Source: the human T2T-CHM13v2.0 reference genome, Homo sapiens
Reading direction: 5' to 3' (one strand)
NCBI RefSeq assembly: GCF_009914755.1
Contig: NC_060933.1
DNA length: 64,000 nt
A program made the translations under genes and the position numbers. Under the pieces are notes generated by a model. It saw only the letters and a program-made list of their open reading frames with translations. It had not been told where the DNA came from and made no database searches. Of the stretch, positions 42,746 through 56,900 are shown in pieces. How positions within the stretch are numbered: position 1 is the first letter of the stretch; each line of letters opens with the position of its first letter.

Positions 42746-44900
42746 AGTTCAACTCGAATGGAATGGAAAGGAATGGAATCAACCCGAGTAGAATGGCATG
42801 GAATGGAATGGAATGGAATGGAATGGAATGGAATGGAATGGTACGGAATAGAATGGAATGGAGCGAAATGGAATGGAATGGAATGGAATGGAATGGAATG
42901 GAGTGGAATGAAATCGTGTGCAATGGAATGGAATGGAATGGAATGGAATGGAATGGAATGGAATAGAGTGGAATGGAATGGAAAGGAATGGAGTGGAATG
43001 GAATGGAATGGGTTCAACTCGAATGGAATGGAAAGGAATGGAATCAACCCGAGTGGAGTGTCATGGAATGGAATGGAATAGGATGGAATGGAATGGAATG
43101 GAATCATCCCGAGTGCAATGTAATGGAATCGAAAGGAATGGAATGGAATGGAATGGAATGGATTCAACCCGAATGGAATGAAAAGAAATGGAATAAACCC
43201 GAGTGGAATGGCATGGAATGGAGTGGAATTGAATGGAATGCAATGGTACAGAATAGAATGGAATGGAACGAAATGGAATGGAATAGAATGGAATGGAATG
43301 GAATGGAATGGAATGGAATGAACCCGTGTGCAATGGAATGGAATGGAATGGAATGGAATGGAATGGAATGGAATGGAATGGAATGGAATGGAATGGATTC
43401 AACTCGAATGGAATGGAAGGGAAAGGAATCAACCCGAGTGGAATGGCATGGAATGGAGTGGAATGGAATGCAATGGAATGGAATGGAATAGAATGGAATG
43501 GAATGGAATAGTACAGAATAAAATGGAATGGAACGAAATGGAATGGAATGAAATGGAATGGAATGGAATGGAATGGAATGGAATGGAATGGTATGGAAAG
43601 GAATGGAATGGAATGGTACGGAATATAATGGAATGGAACGAAATGGAATGGAATGAAATGGAATGGAATGGAATGGAATCAACCCGAGTGCAGGGGAATG
43701 GAATGGAATTGAAGGCAATGGAATGGAATCATCCGGAATTGAATGGAATGGAATGGAATCAACTCGATTGCAGTGGAATGGAATGGAATGGAATGGAATG
43801 GAATGGAATGGAATGGAATGGAATTAACCCGAATAGAATGGAATGGAATGGAATGGAATGGAATGGAATGGAATCAACTCGATTTCAATGGAATGGAATG
43901 GAATGGAATGGAATGGAATGGAATGGAATGGAATAGAATGGAACGGAATGAAATGGAATGGAATGGAATGGAATGGAATGGAATGGAATGGAATCAACCC
44001 GAGTGCAGGGGAATGGAATGGAATTGAAGGCAATGGAATGGAATCATCCGGAATGGAATGGAATGGAATGGAGTCAACTCGATTGCAATGGAATGGAATG
44101 GAATGGAATGGAATGGAATGGAATGGAATGGAATGGAATTAATCCGAATAGAATGTAATAGAATGGAATGGAATGGAATGGAAGTAAATGGAATGGAATG
44201 GAATGAACCCGAGTGCAGGGGAATGGAATGGAATGGAATGGAATGGAATGGAATGCAGTGGAATGGAATCAAACCTAGTGCAATTGAATGGAATGGAATG
44301 GAATGGAATGGAATGGAATGGAATGGAATGCATTCAACCCAAATGGAATGGAAAGCAATGGAATCAACCCGAGTGGAATGGCATGGAATGGAATGGAATG
44401 GAATGGAATGGAATGGAATGGAATGGAATGGAATGGTACGGAATAAAATGGAATGGAACGAAATGGAATGGAATGGAATGGAATGGAACGGAATGGAATG
44501 GAATCATTCCGAGTGGAATAGAAGGGAATGAATTCGAGTGGAATGGAAAGGAATGGAATCAACCAGAGTGGAATGGAAGGGAATGGAATGGAATGGAAAC
44601 TAATAAAATGGAATCAACACGAGTGGAATGGAATGGAAAGGACTTGAATGGAATGGAATGGAATGGAATGGAATCAAGTCCATTGCAATGGAATGTAATG
44701 GAATGGAGTGGAATGGAATTAACGCGAATAGAATGGAATGGAATGGAATGGAATGGAATGGAATGGAATGGAATGGAATGGAATGGAATGGAATCAACCT
44801 GAGTGCAGGGGAATGGAATGCAATGGAATGCAATGGAACGCAATGGAATGGAATGGAATGGAATGGAATCAAAGCGAGTGCAGGGGAATGGAATGTAATG
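30080..44900 (+). repeat. HSat3 sub-domain A, copy 2 plus ~2.2-kb continuation
   Basis: Same vocabulary as 270-13200. Colinear with copy 1 until ~42745, then A-type motifs continue (AAACCTAGTGC at 44271, AACTAATAAAA at ~44598). Confidence 0.8.
38716..41735 (+). repeat. Tandem dimer of the ~1.5-kb unit (second instance)
   Basis: Units start at 38716 and 40221. EcoRI sites at 39846 and 41361 are 1515 bp apart. Confidence 0.93.
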
Positions 44901-47900
44901 GAATGCAATGGAATGGAATATTCCGGAATGGAATGGAAAGGAATGGAATCAACCCGAGTGCAATGGAATGGAGAGGAATGGAATGGAAACTACCCGAATG
45001 GAATGGAATGTAATGGAGTGTAAGGGAATTGAATAGAATCAATCCGAATGTAATGGAATGGAATGGAACGGAATGGAATGGAATGGAATGGAATGGAATG
45101 GAATGGAACGGAATGGAACGGAATGGAATGGAATGGAAAGGTATGGAATGGAATGGAATGGAATCAACCCGAGTGCAATGGAATGGAGTGGAATGGAATG
45201 GAATGGAATGGAACAACCCGAATGGAATGGAATGGAATGGAGAGTAAGAGAGTTGAATAGAATCAGTCCGAATGTAATGGAATGGAATGCAACGGAATGG
45301 AATGGAATGGAATGGAATGGAATGGAATGAAATGGAATGGAATCAACCCGAGTACAATGGAATGGAATGGAATGGAATGGAATGGAATGGAACGGAATGG
45401 AATGGAATGCCTTCAAACCGAATGGAATGGAAAGGAATGGAATCAACAAGAGTGGAATGGAATGGAATGGAATGGAAAGGAATGGAATGGAATGGAATGG
45501 TACGGAATAGTATGGAATGGAAGGAAATGGAATGGAATGGAATGGAATGGAATGGAAAGGAATGGAATGGAATCGTTCCGAGTGGAATAGGAGGGAATGT
45601 ATTCGAGTGGAATGGAAAGGAATGGAATCAACCAGAGTGGAATGGAAGGGAATGGAATGGAATGGAAACTAATAGAATGGAATCAACCCGAGTGGAATGG
45701 AATGGAAAGGACTGGAATGGAATGGAATGGAATGATCAACTCGATTGTAATAGAATGGAATGGAATGGAATGGAATGGAATGAAATGGCATGGAATGGAA
45801 TTAACTCGAATACAATGGAATGGAATGGAATGCAAGGGAATGGAGTGGAATGGAATGGAATCAACCCGAGTGCAGGGAAATGGAATGGAATGGAATGCAA
45901 TGGAATGGAATCATCCGGAATGGAATGGAATGGAATGGAATGCAAAGCAATGGAATCAACTCGATTGCAATGGAATGGAATGGAATGGAAAGGAATAGAA
46001 TGGAATCAACCCGAGTGGAATGGAATGGAAAGGACTGGAATGGAGTGGAATGGAATGGAATGGAATGGAATGGAATCAACTCGATTGGAATGGAATGGAA
46101 TGGAATGGAATGGAATGGAATGGAATGGAATCAACTCGATTGCAATCGAATGGAATGGAATGGAATTAACCCGAATAGAATGGAATGGAATGGAATGGAA
46201 CGGAACGGAATGGAATGGAATGGAATGGAATGGAATGGAATGAAATGGAACGGAACGGAACGGAACGGAACGGAACGGAATGGAATGGAATGGAATGGAA
46301 TGGAATCAACGCGAGTGCAGGGGAATGGAATGGAATGGAATGCAATGGAATGGAATCTTCCGGAATGGAATGGAATGGAATGAAATGCAATGGATTCAAC
46401 TCGATTGCAATGGAATGGAATGGAATGGAATGGAATGAAATGCAATGGATTCAACTCGATTGCAATGGAATGGAATAGATTGGAATGGAATGGAATGGAA
46501 TGGAATGGAATGGAATGGAATGGAATGGAATTAACCCGAATAGAATGGAATGGAATGGAATGGAACGGAATGGAACGAAATGGAATGGAATGGAATGGAA
46601 TGGAATGGAATGGTATGGAATGGAATGGAATGGTACGGAATAGAATGGAATGGAACGAATTGTAATGGCATGGAATGGAATGGAATGGAATGGAATGGAA
46701 TGGAATGGAATGGAATCAACGCGAGTGCAGGGGAATGTAATGGAACGGAATGCAATGGAATGGAATCATCCGGAATGGAATGGAATGGAATGGAAAGGAA
46801 TGGAATCAACCCGAGTGCAATGGAATGGAGTGGAATGGAATGGAATGAAATGGAACAACCCGAATGGAATGGAATGTAATGGAGAGTAAGGGAGTTGAAT
46901 AGAATCAATCCGAATGTAATGGAATGCAATGCAACGGATTGGAATGGAATGGAATGGGATGGAATGCAATGGAATGGAATCAACCCGAGTACAATGGAAT
47001 GGAATGGAATGGAATGGAATGGAATGGAATGCCTTCAAACCGAATGGAATGGAAAGGAATGGAATCAACACGAGTGGAATGGAATGGAATGGAATGGAAT
47101 GGAATGCAATGGAATGATACGGAATAGAATGTAATGGAACGAAATGGAATGGAATGGAATGGAATGGAATGGAATGGAATGGAATGGAATGGAATGGAAT
47201 CGTTCCGAGTGGAATAGGAGGGAATGTATTCGAGTGGAATGGAAAGGAATGGAATCACCCAGAGTGGAATGGAAGAGAATGGAATGGAATGGAAACTAAT
47301 AGAATGGAATCAACCCGAGTGGAATGGAATGGAAAGGACTGGAATGGAATGGAATGGAATGGAATCAACCCGAGTGCAATGGAATGGATTCGAATGGAAT
47401 GGACTGGAATGGAATGGATTCAACAAGAATGGAATGGAAAGGAATGGATTCAACCCGAGTGTAATGGCATGGAATGGAACGGAATGGAATGGGATGGAAT
47501 AGAATGGTACGGAATAGAATGGAATGGAATGAAATGGAATGGAATGGAATGGAATGGAATGGAATGGAATGGAATCAACTCGATTGCAATCGAATGGAAT
47601 GGAATGGAATTAACCCGAATAGAATGGAATGGAATGGAATGGAATGGAACGGAATGGAATGGAATGGAATGGAATGGAATGGAATGGAATTGAACGGAAC
47701 GGAATGGAATGGAATGGAATGGAATGGAATGGAATCAACGCGAGTGCAGGAGAATGGAATGGAATGGAATGGAATTGAACGGAACGGAATGGAATGGAAT
47801 GGAATGGAATGGAATGGAATCAACGCGAGTGCAGGGGAATGGAATGGAATGGAATGCAATGGAATGGAAACTTCCGGAATGGAATGGAATGGAATGGAAT

Positions 47901-50900
47901 GGAATGAAATGCAATGGATTCAACTCGATTGCAATGGAATGGAATAGAATGGAATGGAATGGAATGGAATGGAATTAATCCGAATAGAATGGAATGGAAT
48001 GGAAAGGAACAGAACGGAACGGAATGGAATGGAATGGAATGGAATGGTATGTAATGGAATGGAATGGTACGGAATAGAATGGAATGGAACGAATTGCAAT
48101 GGAATGGAATTGAATGGAATGGAATGGAATGGAAACAACGCGAGTGCAGGGGAATGTAATGGAACGGAATGCAATGGAATGGAATCACGTGGAATGGAAT
48201 GGAATGGAATGGAATGGAATGGAATGGAATGGAATCAACCCGAGTGCAATGGAATGGAGTGGAATGGAATGGAATGGAATGGAACAACCCGAATGGAATG
48301 GAATGTAATGGAGAGTAAGGGAGTTGAATAGAATCAATCCGAATGTAATGGAATGGAATGCAACGGAATGGAATGGAATGGAATGGAATGGAATGCAATG
48401 GAATGGAATCAACTCGAGTACAATGGAATGGAATGGAATGGAATTGAATGCAATGGAATGGAATCAACTCGAGTACAATGGAATGGAATGGAATGGAATG
48501 GAAGGGAATGGAATGGAATGGAATGGAATGGAATGGAATGCCTTCAAACCGAATGGAATGGAAAGGAATGGAATCACCACGAGTGGAATGGAATGGAATG
48601 GAAAGGAATGGAATGGAATAGAATGGTACGGAATAGAATGGAATGGAACGAACTGGAATGGAATGGAATGGAATGGAATGGAATGGAATGGAATGGAATG
48701 GAATGGAATGGAATGGAATCGTTCTGAGTGGAATAGGAGGGAATGTATTCGAGTGGAATGGAAAGGAATGGAATCAACCAGATTGGAATGGAAGGGAATG
48801 GAATGGAATGGAAACTAATAGAATGGAATCAACCCGAGTGGAATGGAATGGAAAGGACTGGAATGGAATTGAATGGAATGGAATTGAATGGAATCAAATA
48901 CATTGTAATGGAATGGAATGGAATGGAATGGAATGGAATTAACCCGAATACAATGGAATGGACTAGAATGGAACGGAATGGAGTGGAATGGAATGGAATC
49001 AACCCGAGTGCAGGGGAATGGAATGGAATGGAACGCAATGGAATGGAATCATCCGGAATGGAATGGAATGGAATGGAATGCAAAGCAATGGAATCAACTC
49101 GATTGCAATGGAATGGAATGGAATGGAAAGGAATACATTGGAATCAACCCGAGTGGAATGGAATGGAAAGGACTGGAATGGAGTGGAATGGAATGGAATG
49201 GAATGGAATGGAATCAACTCGATTGGAATGGAATGGAATGGAATGGAAAGGAATGGAATCGAATTAACCCGAATAGAATGGAATGGAATGGAATGGAACG
49301 GAACGGAATGGAATGGAATGGAATGGAATCAACTCGATTGCAATCGAATGGAATGGAATGGAATTAACCCGAATAGAATGGAATGGAATGCAATGGAACG
49401 GAATGGAACGGAACGGAATGGAATGGAATGGAATGGAATGGAATGGAATGGAATGGAATCAACGCGAGTGCAGGGGAATGTAATGGAACGGAATGCAATG
49501 GAACGGAATCATCCGGAATGGAATGGAATGGAATGGAATGGAATGCAATCAACCCGAGTGCAATGGAATGGAGTGGTATGGAATGGAACGGAATGGAACA
49601 ACCCGAATGGAATGGAATGTAATGGAGAGTAAGGGAGTTGAATAGAATCAATCCGAATGTAATGGAATGGAATGCAACGGATTGGAATGGAATGGAATGC
49701 AATGGAATGGAATCAACCCGAGTACAATGGAATGGAATGGAATGGAATGGAATGGAATGGAATGCCTTCAAACCGAATGGAATGGAAAGGAATGGAATCA
49801 ACACGAGTGGAATGTAATGGAATGGAATGGAAGGGAATGGAATGGAATGGAATGGAATGATACGAAACAGAATGGAATGGAACGAAATGGAATGGAATGG
49901 AATGGAATGGAATGGAATGGAATGGAATGGAATGGAATGGAATGGAATCGTTCCGAGTAGAATAGGAGGGAATGTATTCGAGTGGAATGGAAAGGAATGG
50001 AATCAACCAGAGTGGAATGGAAGAGAATGGAATGGAATGGAAACTAATAGAATGGAATCAACCCGAGTGGAATGGAATGGAAAGGACTGGAATGGAATAG
50101 AATGGAATGGAATGGAATGAAATGGAATGGAATCAACACGATTGGAATGGAATGTAATGGAATGGAATGGAATGAAATGGAATGGAATCAACTCGATTGC
50201 AATGGAATGGAATGGAATGGAATGAAATGGAATGGAATTAACCCGAATACAATGGAATGGAATGGAATGGAATGGTACGGAAAGGAGTGGAATGGAATGG
50301 AATCAACCAGATTGCAGGGGAATGGAATTGAATGGAATGCAATGGAATGGAATCATCCGGAATGGAATGGAATGGAATGGAATGCAAAGCAATGGAATCA
50401 ACTCGATTGCAATGGAATGGAATGGAATGGAAAGGAATACATTGGAATCACCCCGAGTGGAATGGAAAGGAAAGGACTGGAATGGAGTGGAATGGAATGG
50501 AATGGAATGGAATGCAATCAACTCGATTGGAATGGAATGGAATGGAATGGTACGGAATAGAATGGAATGGAACGAATTGTAATGGAATGGAATTTAATGG
50601 AATGGAATGGAATCAACGCGAGTGCAGGGGAATGTAATGGAACGGAATGCAATGGAATGGAATGGAATGGAAAGGAATACATTGGAATCAACCCGAGTGG
50701 AATGGAATGGAAAGGACTGCAATGGAGTGGAATGGAATGGAATGGAATGGAATGGAATCAACTCGATTGGAATGGAATGGAATGGAATGGTACGGAATAG
50801 AATGGAATGGAACGAATTGTAATGGAATGAAATTGAATGGAATGGAATGGAATGGAATGGAATCAACGCGAGTGCAGGGGAATGTAATGGAACGGAATGC

Positions 50901-53900
50901 AATGGAATGGAATCATCCGGAATGGAATGGAATGGAATGGAATGGAATGGAATGGAATCAACCCGAGTGCAATGGAATGGAGTGTAATGGAATGGAATGG
51001 AATGGAACAACCCGAATGGAATGGAATGTAATGGAGAGTAAGGGAGTTGAATAGAATCAATCCGAATGTAATGGAATGGAATGCAACGCAATGGAATGGA
51101 ATGGAATGGAATGGAATGGAATGCAATGGAATGGAATCAACCGGAGTACAAAGGAATGGAATGGAATGGAATGGAATGGAATGGAATGGAATGATACGGA
51201 ATAGAATGGAATGGAACGAAATGGTATGGAATGGAATAGAATGCAATGGAATGGAATGGAATTGTTCCGAGGGAATAGGAGGGAATGTATTCGAGTGGAA
51301 TGGAAAGGAATGGAATCAACCAGAGTGGAATGAAAGGGAATGGAATGGAATGGAAACTAATAGAATGGAATCAACCCGAGTGGAATGGAATGGAAAGGAC
51401 TGGAATGGAATGGAATGGAATGGAATGGAATGGAATTAACACGAATACAATGGAATGGAATGGAATGGAACGGAATGGAGTGGAATGCAATGGAATCAAC
51501 CCGAGGGCAGGGGAATGGAATGGAATGGAATGCAATGGAATGCAATCATCCGGAATGGAATGGAATGGAATGGAATGCAAAGCAATGGAATCAACTCGAT
51601 TGCAATGGAATGGAATGGAATGGAAAGGAATACATTGGAATCAACCCGAGTGGAATGGAATGGAAAGGACTGGAATGGAGTGGAATGGAATGGAATGGAA
51701 TGGAATCAACTCGATTGGAATGGAATGGAATGGAATGGAATGGAATGGAATTAACCCGAGTAGAATGGAATGGAATGGAATGGAACGGAACGGAACGGAA
51801 CGGAACGGAATGGAATGGAATGGAACAGAACGGAACGGAATGGAATGGAATGGAAAGGAATCAACGCGAGTGCAGGGGAATGGAATGGAATGGAATGAAA
51901 TGGAATGGAATCTGCCAGAATGGAATGGAATGGAATGGAATGGAATGGAATGGAATGGAATGGAATGGAATCAACCCGAGTACAGGGGAATGGAATGGAA
52001 TGTAATGCAATGGAATGGAATCATCCGTAATGGAATGGAAAGGAATGGAATGGAATGGAATGGAATGCAATGGATTCAACTCGATTGCAATGAAATGGAA
52101 TAGAATGGAATGGAATGGAATGGAATGGAATGGAATGGAATTAACCCGAATAGAATGGAATGGAATGGTATGGAACGGAACGGAACGGAACGGAACCGAA
52201 TGGAATGGAATGGAATGGAATGCAATGGAATGGAATGGAATTGTATGGAATGGAATGGAATGGTACAGAATAGAATGGAATGGAAAGAATTGCAATGGAA
52301 TGGAATCGAACGGAATGGAATCGAATGGAATGGAATGGAATGGAATGGAATGGAATGGAACCAACCCGAGTGCAATGGAATGGATTGGAATGCAATGGAA
52401 TGGAATGGAACAACCCGAATGGAATGGAATGTAATGGAGAGTAAGGGAGTTGAATAGAATCAATCCGAATGTAATGGAATGGAATGGAACGGAATGGAAT
52501 GGAATGGAATTGAATGGAATGCAATGGAATGGAATCAACCCGAGTACAATGGAATGGAATGGAAAGGAATGGAATGGAATGGAATGGAATGGAATGGAAT
52601 GGAATGGAATGGAATGGAATCAACCCGAGTGCAATGGAATAGAGAGGAAAGGAATGGAATGGAATGGAAACTACCCGAATGGCATGGAATGTAATGAAGT
52701 GTAAGGGAATTGAATAGAATCAATCCGAATGGCATGGAATGTAATGGAACGGAATGTAATGTAATGGACTGGAATGGAATCAACCCCAGTGCAGGGGAAT
52801 GGAATGGAATGGAATGCAATGGAATGGAATCATCCGGAATGGAATGGAATGGAATGGAATGGAATCAACCCGAGTGCAAAGGAATGGAGTGAAATGGAAT
52901 GGAATGGAATGGAAACAACCAGAATGGATTGGAATATAATGGAGTGTAAGGGAATTGAATAGAATCAATCTGAATGTAATGAAATGGAATGGAACGGAAT
53001 GGAATGGAATGGAATGGAATGGAATGGAATGGAATGGAATGCAATGGAATGGAATCAACCCGAGTGCAATCGAATTGAATCGAATGGAATGGAATGCAAT
53101 GGAATGGATTCAACTTGAATGGAAAGGAAAGAATGGAATCAACACGAGTGGAATGGCATGGATTGGAATGGAATGGAATGGAATCAACCCGAGTACAGGA
53201 GAATGGAATGGAATGGAATGCAATGGAATAGAATCATCCGTAATGGAATGGAAAGGAATGGAATGGAATGGAATGGAATGGAATGGAATCAACTCGATTG
53301 CAATCGAATGGAATGGAATGGAATTAACGCGAATAGAATGGAATGGAATGGAATGGAACGGAACGGAATGGAATGGAATGGAACGGAAAGGAATGGAATG
53401 GAATGGAATGGAATGGAATGGAATGGAATCAACGCGAGTGCAGGGGAATGGAATGGAATCGAATGGAAAGGAATGGAATGGAATGGAATCAACCCGAGTG
53501 CAGGGGAATATAATGGAACGGAATGCAACGGAATGGAATCATCCGGAATGGAATGGAATGGAATGGAATGCAAAGCAATGGAATCAACTCGATTGCAATG
53601 GAATGGAATGGAATGGAAAGGAATAGAATGGAATCAACCCGAGTGTAATGGAATGGAAAGGACTGGAATGGAGTGGAATGGAATGGAATGGAATGGAATG
53701 GAATGGAATGGAATCAACTGGATTGGAATGGAATGGAATGGAATGGAATGGAATGGAATTAACCCGAATAGAATGGAATGGAATGGAATGGAACGGAATG
53801 GAATGGAATGGAATGGAATGGAATGGAATGGAATGGAATCAACCCGACTGCAGGGGAATGGAATGGAATGGAATGGAATGGAATGGAATCATCCGGAACG

Positions 53901-56900
53901 GAATGGAATGGAATGGAATGGAATCAACTCGATTGCAATGGAATGGAAGGGAATGGAAAGGAATCGAATGTAATGGAATGGAATTAACCGGAATAGAATG
54001 GAATGGAATGGAATGGAATGGAATGGAATGGAATGGAATCAACCCGAGTGCAGGGGAATGGAATGGAATGGAATGCAATAGAATGGAATCATCCGGAATG
54101 GAATTGAATGGAATGGAATGCCATCAACCTGATGCAATGGAATGGAGTGGAATGGAATGGAATGGAATGGAAACATCCCGAATGGAATGGAATGTAATGG
54201 AGGGTGAGGGAATTGAATAGAATCAATCCGAATGTAATGGAATGGAATGGAATGAAATGGAACGGAATGGAATGGAATGGAATCAACCCGAGTGCAATGG
54301 AATGGATTCGAATGGAATGGAATGGAATGGAATGGAATGGATTCAACAGGAATGGAATGGAAAGGAATGGATTCAACCCGAGTGTAATGGCATGGAATGG
54401 AACGGAATGGAATGGGATGGAATAGAATGGTACGGAATAGAATGGAATGGAATGAAATGGAATGGAATGGAATGGAATGGAATGGAATGGAATGGAATGG
54501 AATGGAATCAACTCGATTGCAATCGAATGGAATGGAATGGAATTAACCCGAATAGAATGGAATGGAATGGAATGGAATGGAATGGAACGGAATGGAATGG
54601 AATGGAATGGAATGGAATGGAATGGAATGGAATGGAATTGAACGGAACGGAATGGAATGGAATGGAATGGAATGGAATGGAATCAACTCGATTGGAATGG
54701 AATGGAATGGAATGGTACGGAATAGAATGGAATGGAACGAATTGTAATGGAATGATATTGAATGGAATGGAATGGAATGGAATGGAATCAACGCGAGTGC
54801 AGGGGAATGTAATGGAACGGAATGCAATGGAATGGAATCATCCGGAATGGAATGGAATGGAATGGAATGGAATGGAATCAACCCGAGTGCAATGGAATGG
54901 AGTGGAATGGAATGGAATGGAATGGAACAACCCGAATGGAATGGAATGTAATGGAGAGTAAGGGAGTTGAATAGAATCAATCCGAATGTAATGGAATGGA
55001 ATGCAACGGATTGGAATGGAATGGAATGGAATGGAATGCAATGGAATGGAATCAACCCGAGTACAATGGAATGGAATGGAATGGAATGGAATCAACCCAA
55101 GTGCAGGGGAATGGAATGGAATGGAATTCAATGGAATGGAATCATCCGGAATGGAATGGAATGGAATGGAATGGAATGGAATGGAATGGAATGGAATGGA
55201 ATCAACCCGAGTGCAATGGAATGGAGAGGAATGGAATGGAATGGAATGGAAACTACCCGAATGGAATGGAATGGAATGGAGTGTAAGGGAATTGAATAGA
55301 ATGAATCCGAATGGAATGGAATGGAATGGAAAGGAATGGAATGGAATGGAATGGAATGCAATGCCATGGAATCAACCCGAGTGCAATCGAATGGAATCGA
55401 ATGGAATCGAATGAAATGGAATGCAATGGAATGGATTCAACTAGAATGGAATGGAAAGAATGGAATCAACACGAGTGGAATGGCATGGATTGGAATGGAA
55501 TGGAATGGAATCAACCCGAGTAGAGGGGAATGGAATGGAATGGAATGAAATGGAATGGAATCATACGTAATGTAATGGAAAGGAATGGAATGGAATGGAA
55601 TGGAATGGAATGGAATGGAATGGAATGGAATTGAATGGAATCAACTCGATTGCAATCGAATGGAATGGAATGGAATTAACCCGAATAGAATGGAATGGAA
55701 TGGAATGGAATGGAACGGAACGGAATGGAATGGAATGGAATGGAATGGAGTGGAATGGAACGGATCGGAATGGAATGGAATGGAATGGAATGGAATCAAC
55801 GCGAGTGCAGGGGAATGGAATGGAATGGAATGCAATGGAATGGAATCTTCCGGAATGGAATGGAATGGAATGCAATGGATTCAACTCGATTGCAATGGAA
55901 TGCAATAGAATGGAATGGAATGGAATGGAATGGAATTAACCCGAATAGAATGGAATGGAATGGAATGGAAAGGAACGGAACGGAACGGAACGGAACGGAA
56001 CGGAATGGAATGGAATGGAATGGAATTGTATGGAATGGAATGGAATGGTACGGAATAGAATGGAATGGAAAGAATTGGAATGGAATGGAATCGAATGGAA
56101 TGGAATGGAATGGAATGGAATCAACCCGAGTGCAGGGGAATGTAATGGAACGGAATGTAATGGAATGGAATCATCCGGAATGGAATGGAATGGAATGGAA
56201 TGGAATGGAATGGAATGGAATCAACCCGAGTGCAATGGAATGGAGTGGAATGGAATGGAATGAAATGGAACAACCCGAATGGAATGGAATGTAATGGAGA
56301 GTAAGGGAGTTGAATAGAATCAATCCGAATGTAATGGAATGGAATGGAACGGAATGGAATTGAATGGAATGGAATGGAATGCAATGGAATGGTATCAACC
56401 CGAGTGTAATGGAATGGAGAGGAATGGAATGGAATGGAATGGAAACTACCCGAATGGAATGGAATGTAATGGAGTGTAAGGGAATTGAATAGTATCAATC
56501 CGAATGTAATGGAATGGAATGGAACGGAATGGAATGGAATGCAATGGAATGGAATGGAATGGAATGGAATCGTTCCGAGGGGAATAGGAGAGAATGTATT
56601 CGAGTGGAATGGAAAGGAATTGAATCAACCAGAGTGGAATGGAAGGGAATGGAATGGAATGGAAACTAATAGATTAGATTGGAATCAACCCGAGTGGAAT
56701 GGAATGGAAAGGACTGAAATGGAATGGAATGGAATGGAATGGAATCAACTCGATTGTAATGGAATGGAATGGAATGGAATGGAACGGAATGGAATGGAAT
56801 TAACCCGAATACAATGGAATGGAATGGAATGGAATGGAATGGAATGGAATGGAATGGAACGGAATGGAGTGGAATGGAATGGATTCAACCCGAGTGCACG

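Noticed and set aside
56666-56690. DUX4-like site in TAATAGATTAGATTGG, and PBX-like ATCAATCAA at ~887, ~4935, ~12383
   Set aside because: These are short or mismatched matches arising from small local duplications, with no supporting pattern.
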